A DNA stretch of 63,062 nucleotides, the filler included. It is 15 parts of 15 records of this genome, joined end to end, with 100 filler letters (N's around TTAATTAATTAA, not from the genome) between each part and the next. Parts side by side here need not be neighbours in the genome. Positions count along the whole stretch, not along the records: positions 1 to 6,925 come from SRR9670534_986; positions 7,026 to 11,727 come from SRR9670534_991; 13 more parts are not named here. The stretch is one strand, 5' to 3'. Shown piece after piece: positions 1 through 10,880 of this stretch. Each line of letters starts with the position of its first letter. Position 1 is the stretch's first letter. Under the pieces are notes generated by a model. That model saw only the letters and a program-made list of their open reading frames with translations. It was not told where the DNA came from and ran no database searches. The translations under genes were made by a program, and so were the position numbers.

Positions 1-99
1 TGTATTTTCAAAAAAATTTATTTTGAGACATCCTAATGTAATAGCACAATAATATTATTAATAATAATAATAGACTTACAATAATGTACCTATATTTAG

Positions 100-3000
100 T
101 CTACAACAGGAAGAGTTGTTGTAATTATCTTGGCAATTTTGGTTTTTTCAATTGTTGGTACTGGCATTTATTTCATGGCAAAAAGTATATAGTCTTTTTG
201 TTTCATTGCACTGAATTCTTTTAATTATTAGTTATAACCTAAAGTTTATAATATCAATAAATAATGCTTATATAATATTGAATTTAACATTTTTATTATA
301 CTTCAATTTACTTAGTATATTTATACATTGTTATAATATCTATAAATTATTATATAAGTGTTTCAATGATAAATTTAGTAAATTAATTTTGATTATTTAA
401 ATAAATTTACTTATTTTAATAAATTTTAATTATTTAAATAAATTTTATAATCATTTTACGTATATTTAGAAATAACAATTAATAAATAGTAGCACAATTT
501 AATATTGAAGTAATGTTACCTATTTAAAGTGTGCTATATAATTTCATATTCCAAATTATTAAATATACATATTATATAATCGTTATGATGGCTAATAATA
601 ATATGTAATATTATTAAATTTATAAAATATCTGTAAAATTTAATAACAAATCTATTATAAATGTGGGGGGCGGACCTTGTTATGGTAGTGGCGGGTAACT
701 GAGAGTCATCTTTCGGTACTAGCGGACATTTAGCGCCATCTTTTAACATTAGCGGGCAGTTAGCGCCATCTTTTGGCATTAGCGGTCACTTAGCGCCATC
801 TTTTAGCATTCTTTGAACTCAAGTCCTCTACATCTTCATAATTATTTAGCCAACTTAAGTGAGTGGAAAGATTTCTCAAATGAGATCCCTATCGTGGATA
901 TCTACTCTTACAAAATAAACCATACATGTTGGGATAACTACTTGAAAGCCTATGGCGAAAACGTAAACACATCTGGTCCAGTTAACATGGTTTTAAATTA
1001 CTGTAGAAAATTTACTGGCTCCCAAGTCAAAGCTTCAAGAAAACACTTCAACCAACCATTGGCTAATGATGCCTATTTCAATACAAGTGGATTGACCGTT
1101 TGCATGATCTTCAGCCTTGTTCGCCTAAACGATTTTGTTGGCAGAAACAATTTATTTTCTGTCATAGCTGAAGACAAAGATATTCTCTTGCATCTTGAAT
1201 TAAGTGTCAATTGTGAGGGTTGGGGTTGCACTTCTAAGTTAACTCTAAAATACCCAAAATCAGAGTACGTTTATGAAGTCAAGGAAATAGATAACCAACG
1301 TATTGATGCTGAATATTCCTTTTGCTATGGATTGGATAATGTAATTAAAGAGAAAAGTTTACTGTTTAACACGAAAACTTTGGCCAGAAAAGCAGCAATT
1401 TTGCCAGAAGATTTTGCAGTTATCCAAAAAAAGATTCGTAATGCTACCATATATTTTGGCACAGATGTCGCCAATAATGGTGCTGGGTTTATGGGATACA
1501 TGTATGAAGTTAACGTATGGAATACCTTTGTACCAGAAGAATTGATGGAATTATACAAGACCTGGGCAACTGGTGACAATGTCTGCCCTGGAGACATGTT
1601 CAATTGGAAAGATCATGCAAAAGATGGATTTGAAATAAATGAAAAAGATATTGTCAATGTTTTGGATGGACATAAAGGCAAGGTCTGCCATGATTGGTTG
1701 GATTATCTACCAAAGGCTAAAGGTATTAATTACTAATTAGTAAGCAGCATCATTACTAATTAATAACTTGGTTTCCAAAGATTATTAAAATATACGTCAT
1801 AAAATTATTGATAATTTTAATTAAATGTAAAATAAATAAATTTTAAATAAATATATAAATATAATATTATATAATTTAATAATATTCCATAAATAAGTAT
1901 CATATGAAAATATAATATAATTAATATACTTTAAAGTATAATATTGTAAAATACATATTAAATTAATATATAGTCATGCTCAATGGTCCAAGTTTTCCGA
2001 TGACTACTAGTAGTACAAACGGGTCATGATTAAATGCTTGTTATATGTATATATTTCAATTATATGCAGATATACCCGCATATAATCATGAGCCTCTTAT
2101 AGTCATCGGAAGATTATTATGTAGATTGGACTGAAATTCAATGGTGACTACAATAGGGTCATGACTAAAAGCGTTTTAAAATTATATTTCAGATGAACAA
2201 ACTCATACATATACCACTGAAAGTGGAAAAACTGAAAGTTGCAAAAACTTTGATCCTAAAGAAAAGACACAAGACCTGCTTTTGACCATTTCAAATGAAG
2301 GTGAGATTCACCTGCCAACCTATGCAGCCATACCTGCTGGCGATTCATTTACAAACAACATATCATTCTGCATTGATTACAAATTATTGTTTATTACATT
2401 AAAGGTGAAAATACTTACCTTTGTCAACCCTTATAATGAAGAAGAGTTTAGTATTACATATTGGCAGCACTGCATCAGAGTTGGTGTTGTCAACTGCAAG
2501 GAAAGAAGATTTTATTTTTCATTTACAAATGGTTATCATGAACAATTGCAAATAATTAGAATTGACACTGTAATATAGAGTTTTTATAATTTTTATTAAT
2601 AATATTACTAATAATGGCTTTCAACTTTTGTATTGTAGATTAAACTGGTGGATCTTTATGATATAAAATTTCAATATTTGGAGAATAACTACTATAAATT
2701 CATCATGGAGATGGATAAACAGGGGAACAGAAATAGCAATAAATTATATTTGATTTTAGTTTAATTGATGTTATTATTAATAATAATTAAGCTAATTTTT
2801 TTCAAAAAAGTAATAATAATTTGAACTCTTAAATTTTAATTTATTCAATTTTTATTAAGATTTTCATTTTAAGTTTTGTTTTTTAAACTTCAATTTTTAT
2901 TTCATTTTATTTTTAAATTGAAGTGTTTTTTAATTTTATAATTTAAATATTAATATGGCAGTCTCTATTCCCCTGGGATTTCATGATATTATTTTGGAAT

Positions 3001-4534
3001 GTCTGATTGGAATTCATTGTGTGTTTCAATAATTGACCATGGTAAGAATGTTACAGTTTCTGGGGCAATTACAAGGCTGATTAATCAAGACATCAAGAAA
3101 GCAGGAGATAACCAAGAAACTTATGTTGGTAATGGTTTTATACCATTATATGATATTTTTTATTTACAAAATGATTAAATTATTCAGTATTTTAGACAAA
3201 TATTTTGAGTTTAAAGTTACAAATCTACCCCAACTCTACCTTGAGGGGGGAACATTTGTTTTGGGACAAGGACAGGTGATTAAGAGCTGCAAGACCTTGG
3301 TGCGAGAAAAATGTGCCAAGCCATTGGCAAATTTTGAGACCAATTTGTTGCTAATTGAAGATGTTTATGTGAGTGATTTTGAATTTTGGAATGTTCCACT
3401 TAAAGAACTTTACCATGGTGTAACAGGAAATGAGGGTGATGACAGAGATTTTTTGCACAAACTTTGGCTAAGTGAAGAAAATTATGAGCATAGAGCCATG
3501 AAGAAATATAAATTCCAGTCAGTACAATTATTTGGAAACTCTCAGCTTTTCTGTACATTAGCAGATAAGGGTAACAAGTTTTTATACTGTAGAATCCGCT
3601 TATAGTCACGCTCAAAGGCTTTTCGATGACTATAAGCTAATCATGATTATATACGGGTTATTGTATATATATTTCATCTACTATAAACAAATAACCATAG
3701 ACTGAAATACTATGATGACTATTACGGGGTCATGACTAGCGTTTTTTATTGTATGAAAAATATTATGTAATAAAGAATTTACAAAAAAATAATATGTTAA
3801 ATAATATCCGCTTATAGTCACGCTCAAGGGTTTTTAGATGACTATAAGCGAATCATGATTATATACGGGTTATTGTAAATATATTTTGTCTACTGTAAAC
3901 AAATAACATAGACTGAGAGTCTATAATGACTATAACGGAGTCATGACTATAAGCGTTTTTTATTTTATGAAAAATATTATGTAATATAAAACCTACAAAA
4001 AATAATTTTTAGAAAACTACTTGTTGGATTTTGAAAACAGCTTTGTTCGTTCAGCTTATAGTTATGGTATGAGTGATTCAGGTTTTGAGAAAACAGTCCA
4101 GCACCAATTTCCCCAATTTAAACTATGGCCTGAACATGTTGGTAATTTACCTATAGCCGAAAAAGCATGCAGATACCCAGAATTAGAAGCCATGATACTA
4201 AACTTTTACATTTATAATGGCAATCGTTATTATAAAGAATATGAAACTTTTGCTGACACGGGAACCCATTGTCAAGAATATTTTGTCACCTTTGCATTGG
4301 GAGAAACAGCAAACTTAAAGATAAGAGAGGAAAGATTAAAATGGACTTTGTATAATCAAAGTAACAGATGGCTTTGGTATCAGGTGTTTAGTGATTACTT
4401 CTGGGTTAAATGGGTTGAAAATTCGTAATTACTCTTATTTTTTTTACAATTTGTGTTAAAAATGTTCAATGATATTTTACAAATATATGCTTAAAAATTT
4501 CAAATATTTTAGCTTATATGTCAAAAGATATTAA
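100..4534 (+). CDS. Spliced gene, probable type II membrane protein with two divergent pentraxin/LamG-like domains; 5' end incomplete, one apparent frameshift
   Basis: Exons approx. 100-184 (TM helix RVVVIILAILVFSIVGTGIYFM), 807-1722, 2193-2569, 2639-2735, 2962-3128, 3196-3570, 4013-4424, 4513-4534. Pentraxin-like motifs in domain 1: LTVCM, GFMGYMYEVNVWN, CPGDMFNW. In domain 2: ISFCIDYK, DWNSLCVS, GGTFVLGQGQ, VSDFEFWN. Linkage of the TM exon and of the last exon is tentative. Confidence 0.65.
690..810. repeat. Tandem repeat, about 4 x 30 nt (TAGCGG-N4-TTAGCGCCATCTTTT-N-CAT)
   Basis: Three near-identical units at 720-809 plus one degenerate unit at 690-719; a GC-rich island in very AT-rich intron sequence. 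Confidence 0.9.
1968..2178. mobile_element. MITE-like repeat family A (CGCTTATAGTCA / TGACTATAAGCG ends), degenerate copy
   Basis: Shares TATAGTCA..GCTCAA, TTTTCCGATGACTA, GACTGAAAT and GGGTCATGACTAAAAGCG blocks with the copies at 3595-4012 and 5161-5534; intronic. Confidence 0.7.
3595..4012. mobile_element. Two tandem ~212-nt copies of MITE-like family A
   Basis: Units start TCCGCTTATAGTCACGCTCAA at 3595 and 3807; each ends in the inverted TGACTA(TAA)GCG followed by a shared AT-rich tail. Confidence 0.85.
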
Positions 4535-4880
4535 TTTTGCTTTATGAGCTTATATAAAGAGATATTTGTTGCTGCTTTCAACGTTTTTTCAATAAAAATG
4601 TATTTTAACAAAAAGATACCGCTATTGCTTAAAGTAGAAATTCTCCATTGATGACCAACTGCCAATTTGGCACCATGCCAACCGCTATTAATTACAAACG
4701 TTCGTGATAATAAATTGCTATTAAATGCGATGACTTTGAAGCCGCTTTGCAAAATTAATTATGGTGCTCAGGTACACTAGTTAATTGCTCCTTATTATTC
4801 CTTGTAGATAAAAGGTAAACTCCGTATTGATCTGAGGTCATTAAAAAACAAACTTAGCTAGGATTGAGAATGTTAACATT

Positions 4881-5798
4881 ATGCTAATACTACTAAATCA
4901 TCTTATTTTACTACTCCTGATCAAAATTTCTGAAGGTATATTTTTATGTTTTTATTGCAATTTTTACTTGAATAAAGTATTTAGAATTAACATGTTACAG
5001 TTGCAATGAAGAGGTGTCCTTTCACGAACACATTGACAACTTTGGAGAAGGGTGGACCCCATGCTGGCAACCAGTTGCCTTTAATGTGACGCCAAGAATT
5101 TGCTCAACTACACAACGTTATTGCTATGTAACTAAATTTACTATTATAGCATACCGCCATCACGCTTATAGTCATAAGTTATAGTCATCATAGTATTTCA
5201 GTCCATTTCTATATTAAATATATATAACGACAAGCTTATAAGCTGCTTATTAAGCATGACCCGTTTATAGTAATCGAAAAACTTGGTCTCTTGAGTGTGA
5301 CTATAAACGGCTAATCATGACGCTGTTATAGTCATCATAGTATTTGAGTTGATTGCTATATAAAATATATATAATGACTCGCTTATAGTCACCGAAAAAC
5401 TTGGTCACGTGACCGTGACTATAAGCGGGTTCCACTGAGGTATTATTGTTATTAACGTTTTTTAATAATAATAATAATACCCCAGTGGAACCCGCTTATA
5501 GTCACGTCACGTGACCAAGTTTTTCGATGACTATTTCGGTTAACCTTTAATTTTGCAGTCAACAAGAACAGATGTTAATGGGGTAGTTATGGCTATTAAA
5601 AGGGAATGCACAGATGAATGTAAATGGGGATGTAGAGCTTATGGACTTGGAAACACATATGTGACATGTACGACCTGTTGCGACACCGATGCATGTAATA
5701 TCGCTAGAAAATATAGACATAAAGATGTCAAACCGTCCATTAGTTTGCTAAATTTTCTAATAATAATAACTTTACCTCAATTACCGGAGTTTTGGTAG
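4881..5798 (+). CDS. Ly6/uPAR three-finger domain protein (quiver/sleepless-like architecture), probably GPI-anchored
   Basis: Exons 4881-4935 (signal peptide MLILLNHLILLLLIKISE), 4985-5127 (LTCYSC...C...C...YCY) and 5559-5798 (RECTDEC...C...CTTCCDTDACN, hydrophobic tail). Phases are consistent. Confidence 0.88.
5161..5534. mobile_element. Cluster of family A MITE copies including a long inverted pair; terminus CAGTGGAACCCGCTTATAGTCAC (pogo/Tc1-mariner-like)
   Basis: 5385-5455 is the near-perfect reverse complement of 5462-5534; lies in intron 2 of the Ly6 gene. The superfamily call rests on TIR resemblance only. Confidence 0.8.
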
Positions 5799-6448
5799 TG
5801 ACTATGATTGCGAACAAATCAGTAAGAGTATTATTGTAGTGTTATTATTAATAATTTAGCATGCAATTTGGACTTAACTTATTGTTATTACTAATAGCTT
5901 ATTGGTCTACTATTTACATTATATGGACAAGTAAAGTAGGGAGTCTTTATTGCACATGCAATGTGGGCTGCCTTTATTATGGTGCACAATTATCATATAC
6001 GTATGCATCATTATACAGTCACTATATAAAGATAATTAGATTATTTTTATAAAAAAAAGTATTTTTTAAATTATTTACTATTTGTTATTAATAATATTAT
6101 CTGCTATATCTTAAATTTAAAATATCTTTCAAATGTGTGTGTTATGTTAGTATAAATAACAATGCCAGTTTATTATTAATTATGATATCTAATTGTATTT
6201 CAATGATATTTTACATACTTTTATAAACTTTATTTCAATAATGCCTATAATATCTATGGGTTGCTGTTTTTGATTTTTTCGCAATTAAAGCATTTATTAA
6301 GGAAAAGATGCCGCTATAATTGGAGTAGAATTTCTCCATTCATGACCATATGTAATTAATTCAATAAGTGCAAGCATTTCATTTTCTTACACTAGTAAAT
6401 TTTCTTAGAAATAGACAAGATTAATAAATATTTTCCTATAAATTAATA

Positions 6449-6779
6449 TTAATAAGTATAAGTGCCCATATCTGGATCAGGATAATATGGAAGTTCTTCA
6501 GAGGAATGACCCAAGGTTTCATACTGTCCTCCTGACTTGACCTCTGCTTCCTCTTCCAATGTTTCTACCGTGTAGGGTAGCTGTGCTTTTACAGGAATTG
6601 TTTTCAGATAATAAAGAACTGGAGCATATAGGAGATTTAAAATAGCAATAAGCCACATCATCCTAACATTTTAAATTTGTTAAAAAAATAATACTAATTT
6701 TAGTCATCCCACAATTAACCTACCATTTAAATCCTATTCCTGAGACAATTGGTCCACTTAGCATTCCACCTCAAATAAA
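6449..6779 (-). CDS. SLC18-family vesicular amine/acetylcholine transporter, last two exons
   Basis: Exons 6779-6724 and 6662-6449 give GMLSGPIVSGIGFKWMMWLIAILNLLYAPVLYYLK, matching TM11-TM12 of VMAT/VAChT (GF.W...NLLYAP.L..L+). Confidence 0.8.
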
Positions 6780-6871
6780 ATATATTTAGTATTAATTTCT
6801 CTATTAAAATAAAATTTATCTTAACATAATATGAAGCCAAGAGGTTACTGGTTAAAATTTTGTATAAGCCC

Positions 6872-6911
6872 TATTAGGGTGTCTCAAAATAAATCTTGTT
6901 TTTGAAAATAC
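6872..6911. repeat. Tc1/mariner-like terminal repeat present at both ends of contig 1
   Basis: ATTAGGGTGTCTCAAAATAAAT..TTTTTGAAAATACA here is the reverse complement of positions 1-37; probably the repeat that broke the assembly. Confidence 0.65.
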
Positions 6912-6925
6912 ACCTGAATATGGAC

Positions 6926-7025
6926 NNNNNNNNNNNNNNNNNNNNNNNNNNNNNNNNNNNNNNNNNNNNTTAATTAATTAANNNNNNNNNNNNNNNNNNN
7001 NNNNNNNNNNNNNNNNNNNNNNNNN
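6926..7025. other. Artificial contig spacer N44-TTAATTAATTAA-N44 (first of 14)
   Basis: Identical 100-nt spacer with stops in all six frames at 6926, 11728, 14723, 18796, 23114, 26213, 28845, 35099, 39503, 41822, 47804, 52523, 56418 and 60442. Genes are cut off at these points. Confidence 0.99.
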
Positions 7026-7052
7026 ACTGTTGTACAATGGCTAGCTAACAAA

Positions 7053-8998
7053 ATGTGGTCCTTATTCAAATGTGTTCCTTTGACAAGAGCTCTTTTTTCT
7101 GGTAAACACCTTCATAATTCTAGCAAGAGTTTAGTTTGCTGGTTTAGTAGTTCATGGAATGGGTACCAATATAGCAACAAACAACGTTATCGGACCAGGA
7201 ATGGTATTGGTAATAACAAGACTGTTAGATCTGTTGCTTTTTATGTTCTATCTGCTGTTATAACGATGTTTGGAGTTGGATATGCTGCTGTCCCCGCTTA
7301 CAGAGCTTTTTGTGAAGTACTACAATAATATACTAATAGTCTATACCTATGTAGTACATACCTACTAAAAATATGTATGTATGTAAATATATAGGTAGGT
7401 AGGTATGTATATTTGTAGTACTACTAGTACAATATATGTAGTACATATTATGTACTAATAGTACATTGTACTATGTATAGGTATTTGTATCACAATGTAT
7501 GTACTATGTATATTTGTCAGATATGCACAGGTACATACTAGTAGTATGATACTACATACATATACCTAAGAATAGAATGCATGTTACGTGATACGCCGTA
7601 GATACGCCGTTATATGCGCGTGACGTGCAGTTATAATTGATAATAAGTAACAATGGATTGCATGCCACTTTAATAAGTGTAATACAGGTTACACTCTTCA
7701 TTTGATGATTTATGGTACGTTATATTATAGGTAATACATATACATAAATGAGTTATATATGTAATGTGGTAGTAGTGTAATATATGAATTGTATGTATGA
7801 ATTCTATATTTAATAATAAGTAATACATATGTGCAGTGTAGGCTACTGGTGTAGAAGGTGCTGTAGGAAAAAAAGATGACGCTCTAGAAAAACTTGAGAA
7901 ATTGGCAAAAAAGGGTGAGCGGAAAGTAAGGGTAAGTTTTGTAGCAGATAAAGCCTCAAGTTTTAGATGGAATTTTATCCCTTTGCAACACGAAATTGAG
8001 GTCTATTTACGTTTTTATTGTTTGTTATAATGGGTACATAATATGGTGTACGTAATACGTACTACGTATAGTATCTTACGTATCAATGATATGATATCAT
8101 ATACAATGTATAATATACTATACATGTATCATTATTAAATTACATGTACGTACTTTCTAACTTTTTAAAAAAACATAGTAATTGCTTAACTAGAATATAT
8201 TTAGAATATTTACAACTACAAGTAATAGGTACATACTTCACTAAGTGAAGTCCACTTGTATTAAAATTATAGGTTATTATGTAATACATGTAATCATGGC
8301 TTAAATTATAACAAAAATTAATTCCAAAAATTCAATTGAATTCAATTCCGTTTTTTTAAATTCACTTCAATCTAGATTGAAGTTGACTAACACAAATACG
8401 TATCAATATGTATCAAATTGATATTATCAATAACAGTGACACTGTTACATTGTACTACCATATATGTATTTATAAATAATATTGATATATCAATAATATT
8501 GGTAATCATTATCTGATATCTGACAGATAATATCACTATTACAATAATAGGTTTACTAAATGAATAATATTATAATAATGATATGAATGTTTTTATTTAG
8601 GACCTAAATTTTAGGTTTCTCCTGGTGAAACAGCATTAGTTTTCTACCGTGCCAAAAATCCTACCGATATACCCATTATTGGAATTTCCACGTATAATGT
8701 GGTGCCATTTGACGCTGCTCAGTATTTTGTTAAAGTACAGGTAAATTCTTGAGTTATTATTCCTTGTGTAGAGTGCTATTTAGTACTGTAAACCAACAAA
8801 ACTTTTAAATTGTAGTGTTTTTGCTTTGAAGAGCAAATTTTGAACCCAAAAGAAGAGGTTGATATGCCTGTATTTTTTTACATTGACCCCGAGTTTGATG
8901 AGGACCCACTTCTTGATGGTGTTGATCAAATCATGTTATCGTATACATTTTTTGAAGCAAAAGAAGGCTTACAATTACCTGGCCTAGGTGGCACTTAG
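7053..8998 (+). CDS. COX11: Cytochrome c oxidase copper chaperone COX11
   Basis: Exons 7053-7316, 7842-8000, 8615-8740, 8816-8998. Motifs YAAVPAYRAFC, WNFIPLQ, PGETALVFY, KVQCFCFEEQ, DMPVFFYIDPEF, LSYTFF. Confidence 0.97.
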
Positions 8999-9983
8999 TT
9001 GTAGCACGAAGAATTTTGAAGACAACCCGGAAAAAGTAATCAGAACGTGTTCCGACTACATAGGCATTAGGATTCCTCGTTTAAGAACTTCGAGAAAATA
9101 AGTACATTACATCTACAGTATTACGTATCAACAATGTTTTGTATTATGGTAAATACTCTAGCAGTCAGTAAATTAGGTATGCAAAAGCTTCGTCTAACTG
9201 ATGTTTGATTGGTGAATAAAGTAAATTCGTTGTTTGCAAACTGCATACAAATGGCAAAGGAATATGTACTAGTATACTAACTATAGCAAACTGTATCATT
9301 GCTTTATAATATCAAGTTGATATATCATATTCCTTGAACTCTACAATTGCTATGAAAACGCTTCTCATCAACACCACATTTATTTCTCTACATACAAGTA
9401 AAATAAGACTGCTTAAATTGCTTGTGAATAACATAGTAGTCGCATGAATACAGTTGGTTTTGTTTTCCACTTTCTAGCAGCTTTTTGTATTAGGAATTTC
9501 ACGACTTCTAATTTGCTCTGAAATTTAGAAGAAATTTTACTACAGAAACTCAATTGTTAATAAGTATCGTATGTCATTATTAACAAGGATTTACATGTAT
9601 GTGTACTGTATGTCCAATAGAATGGCTTAGCCATTATTGCTACAAAACGCGACTTTTCGTTTTATATCCAACTTATAGAATACATATTGATTCAATATTA
9701 TTGAAAGTTGAAACTTCCAAATTGAAAGTTGGATATACGTTGGATTTGTACATTTTAAACATACCTTTCTCTCATCTTTCTGCGTTTCTTCTTCAATCTA
9801 CGCATTCTCTTCTTTCGCCACTACAACAAAATAAAAATATGAATGAATATATCTTTATTATTAATAATAATACTGTAATAAATAGTAGTGGACAATAAAG
9901 AGTTATGACGTAATATGTGAGATATAAATGCATCAAGTCGATACTATCAAGTTGCAACTAATTCCGAAGTTACGCAATGCGTA

Positions 9984-10205
9984 ATGATGATAGCACTTAA
10001 TTTAGTCTAAATAGAAATGTTGCATCATAACCATTAATATAAGCATCAATTGATTTTGACGTTGATATAAGCGTTAATATAACGTTCATATAAGCGTAAT
10101 ACGCATCTCAGCCAATTAAGCACCTGGTTGATTGCTATATAAAATCAATTGACGCTTATATTAATGGTTATGATGCAACATCTCTAAATTAAGTGCTATC
10201 ATCAT
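9984..10205. mobile_element. Foldback/MITE with ~65-75-nt inverted arms and flanking GTA direct repeat
   Basis: ATGATGATAGCACTTAATTTAG...ATGTTGCATCATAACCATTAATATAAGCATCAATTGATTTT pairs with 10141-10205; GTA at 9981-9983 and 10206-10208. Confidence 0.85.
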
Positions 10206-10373
10206 GTATGTATTTTTCACAAGTTCTTAGACGCTGTATGACCTTAAGTGCCTCTCCATATGGGTGGTGCGATTCCTCTATGGTACTAATATCCATTTAT
10301 ACATAATCAATTAACACTTTTCACCATTGTATATTAAATTTCTACGCAAACCATACAACTGTGCAAACAAGAT

Positions 10374-10380
10374 TATAAAG
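10374..10380 (+). promoter_or_regulatory. Candidate TATA box of the ASCL gene
   Basis: TATAAAG about 90 nt upstream of the ATG; weak evidence given the AT-rich background. Confidence 0.35.
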
Positions 10381-10466
10381 CAGATACTTTAGTAGTCATA
10401 TTTAATAACAAGAGCAAGTACGATAGTGTTGTTATAGCTTTTTCAACTGCGATACATGTATCAAGG

Positions 10467-10880
10467 ATGTACTTTTCTGTTCCAAGCGAAGATACTACTA
10501 GTAAGACGGTTTCACCATTTTATCCTGGTTATATGGTGCAAGGAAACCATGGCATGGAAGAGGCAGATATTTCGAAAAGAAGCAAAAAAGTAGCAGATCC
10601 CTTTAGTCCTGAAGCAAGAATTCCCTTGCCTGATACGCTTGGATTTTATGACGGAAATTATGTGTATTCTTTTGTCAGAAGAAGAAATGAAAGAGAACGT
10701 GATAGAGTTAGATGTGTCAACGAAGGCTATGCTCGCCTGAAGGAAAAATTACCTCATACCGAAAAATCTCAGAAAAGAATCAGCAAGGCAGAAATTTTGC
10801 GATCGGCTGTTCGCTACATAAAACAGTTAGAAGAGGCACTGCAAGAAAAGGGTGTTAATAATAATAATCAAGAAGATTAG
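10467..10880 (+). CDS. ASCL: Achaete-scute family bHLH transcription factor, class b (ASCL3/4/5-like), intronless
   Basis: FVRRRNERERDRVRCVNEGYARLKEKLP...KRISKAEILRSAVRYIKQL; RVxCVNEGY is the class-b signature. Confidence 0.93.
   Translation: MYFSVPSEDTTSKTVSPFYPGYMVQGNHGMEEADISKRSKKVADPFSPEARIPLPDTLGFYDGNYVYSFVRRRNERERDRVRCVNEGYARLKEKLPHTEKSQKRISKAEILRSAVRYIKQLEEALQEKGVNNNNQED

Noticed and set aside
534-779. 81-aa minus-strand ORF with KDGAxCPL repeats
   Set aside because: Translation of the 30-nt tandem repeat running into AT-rich intron sequence.
2984-2986. TGA reassignment or selenocysteine as an explanation for in-frame TGAs
   Set aside because: Conserved genes here use TGG for Trp and show no internal TGA; a one-base indel explains this site; no SECIS recognised.
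6826-6870. Possible upstream SLC18 exon (LGFIL)
   Set aside because: The matching frame has a TAA immediately after the only nearby acceptor, so I could not build a consistent exon.
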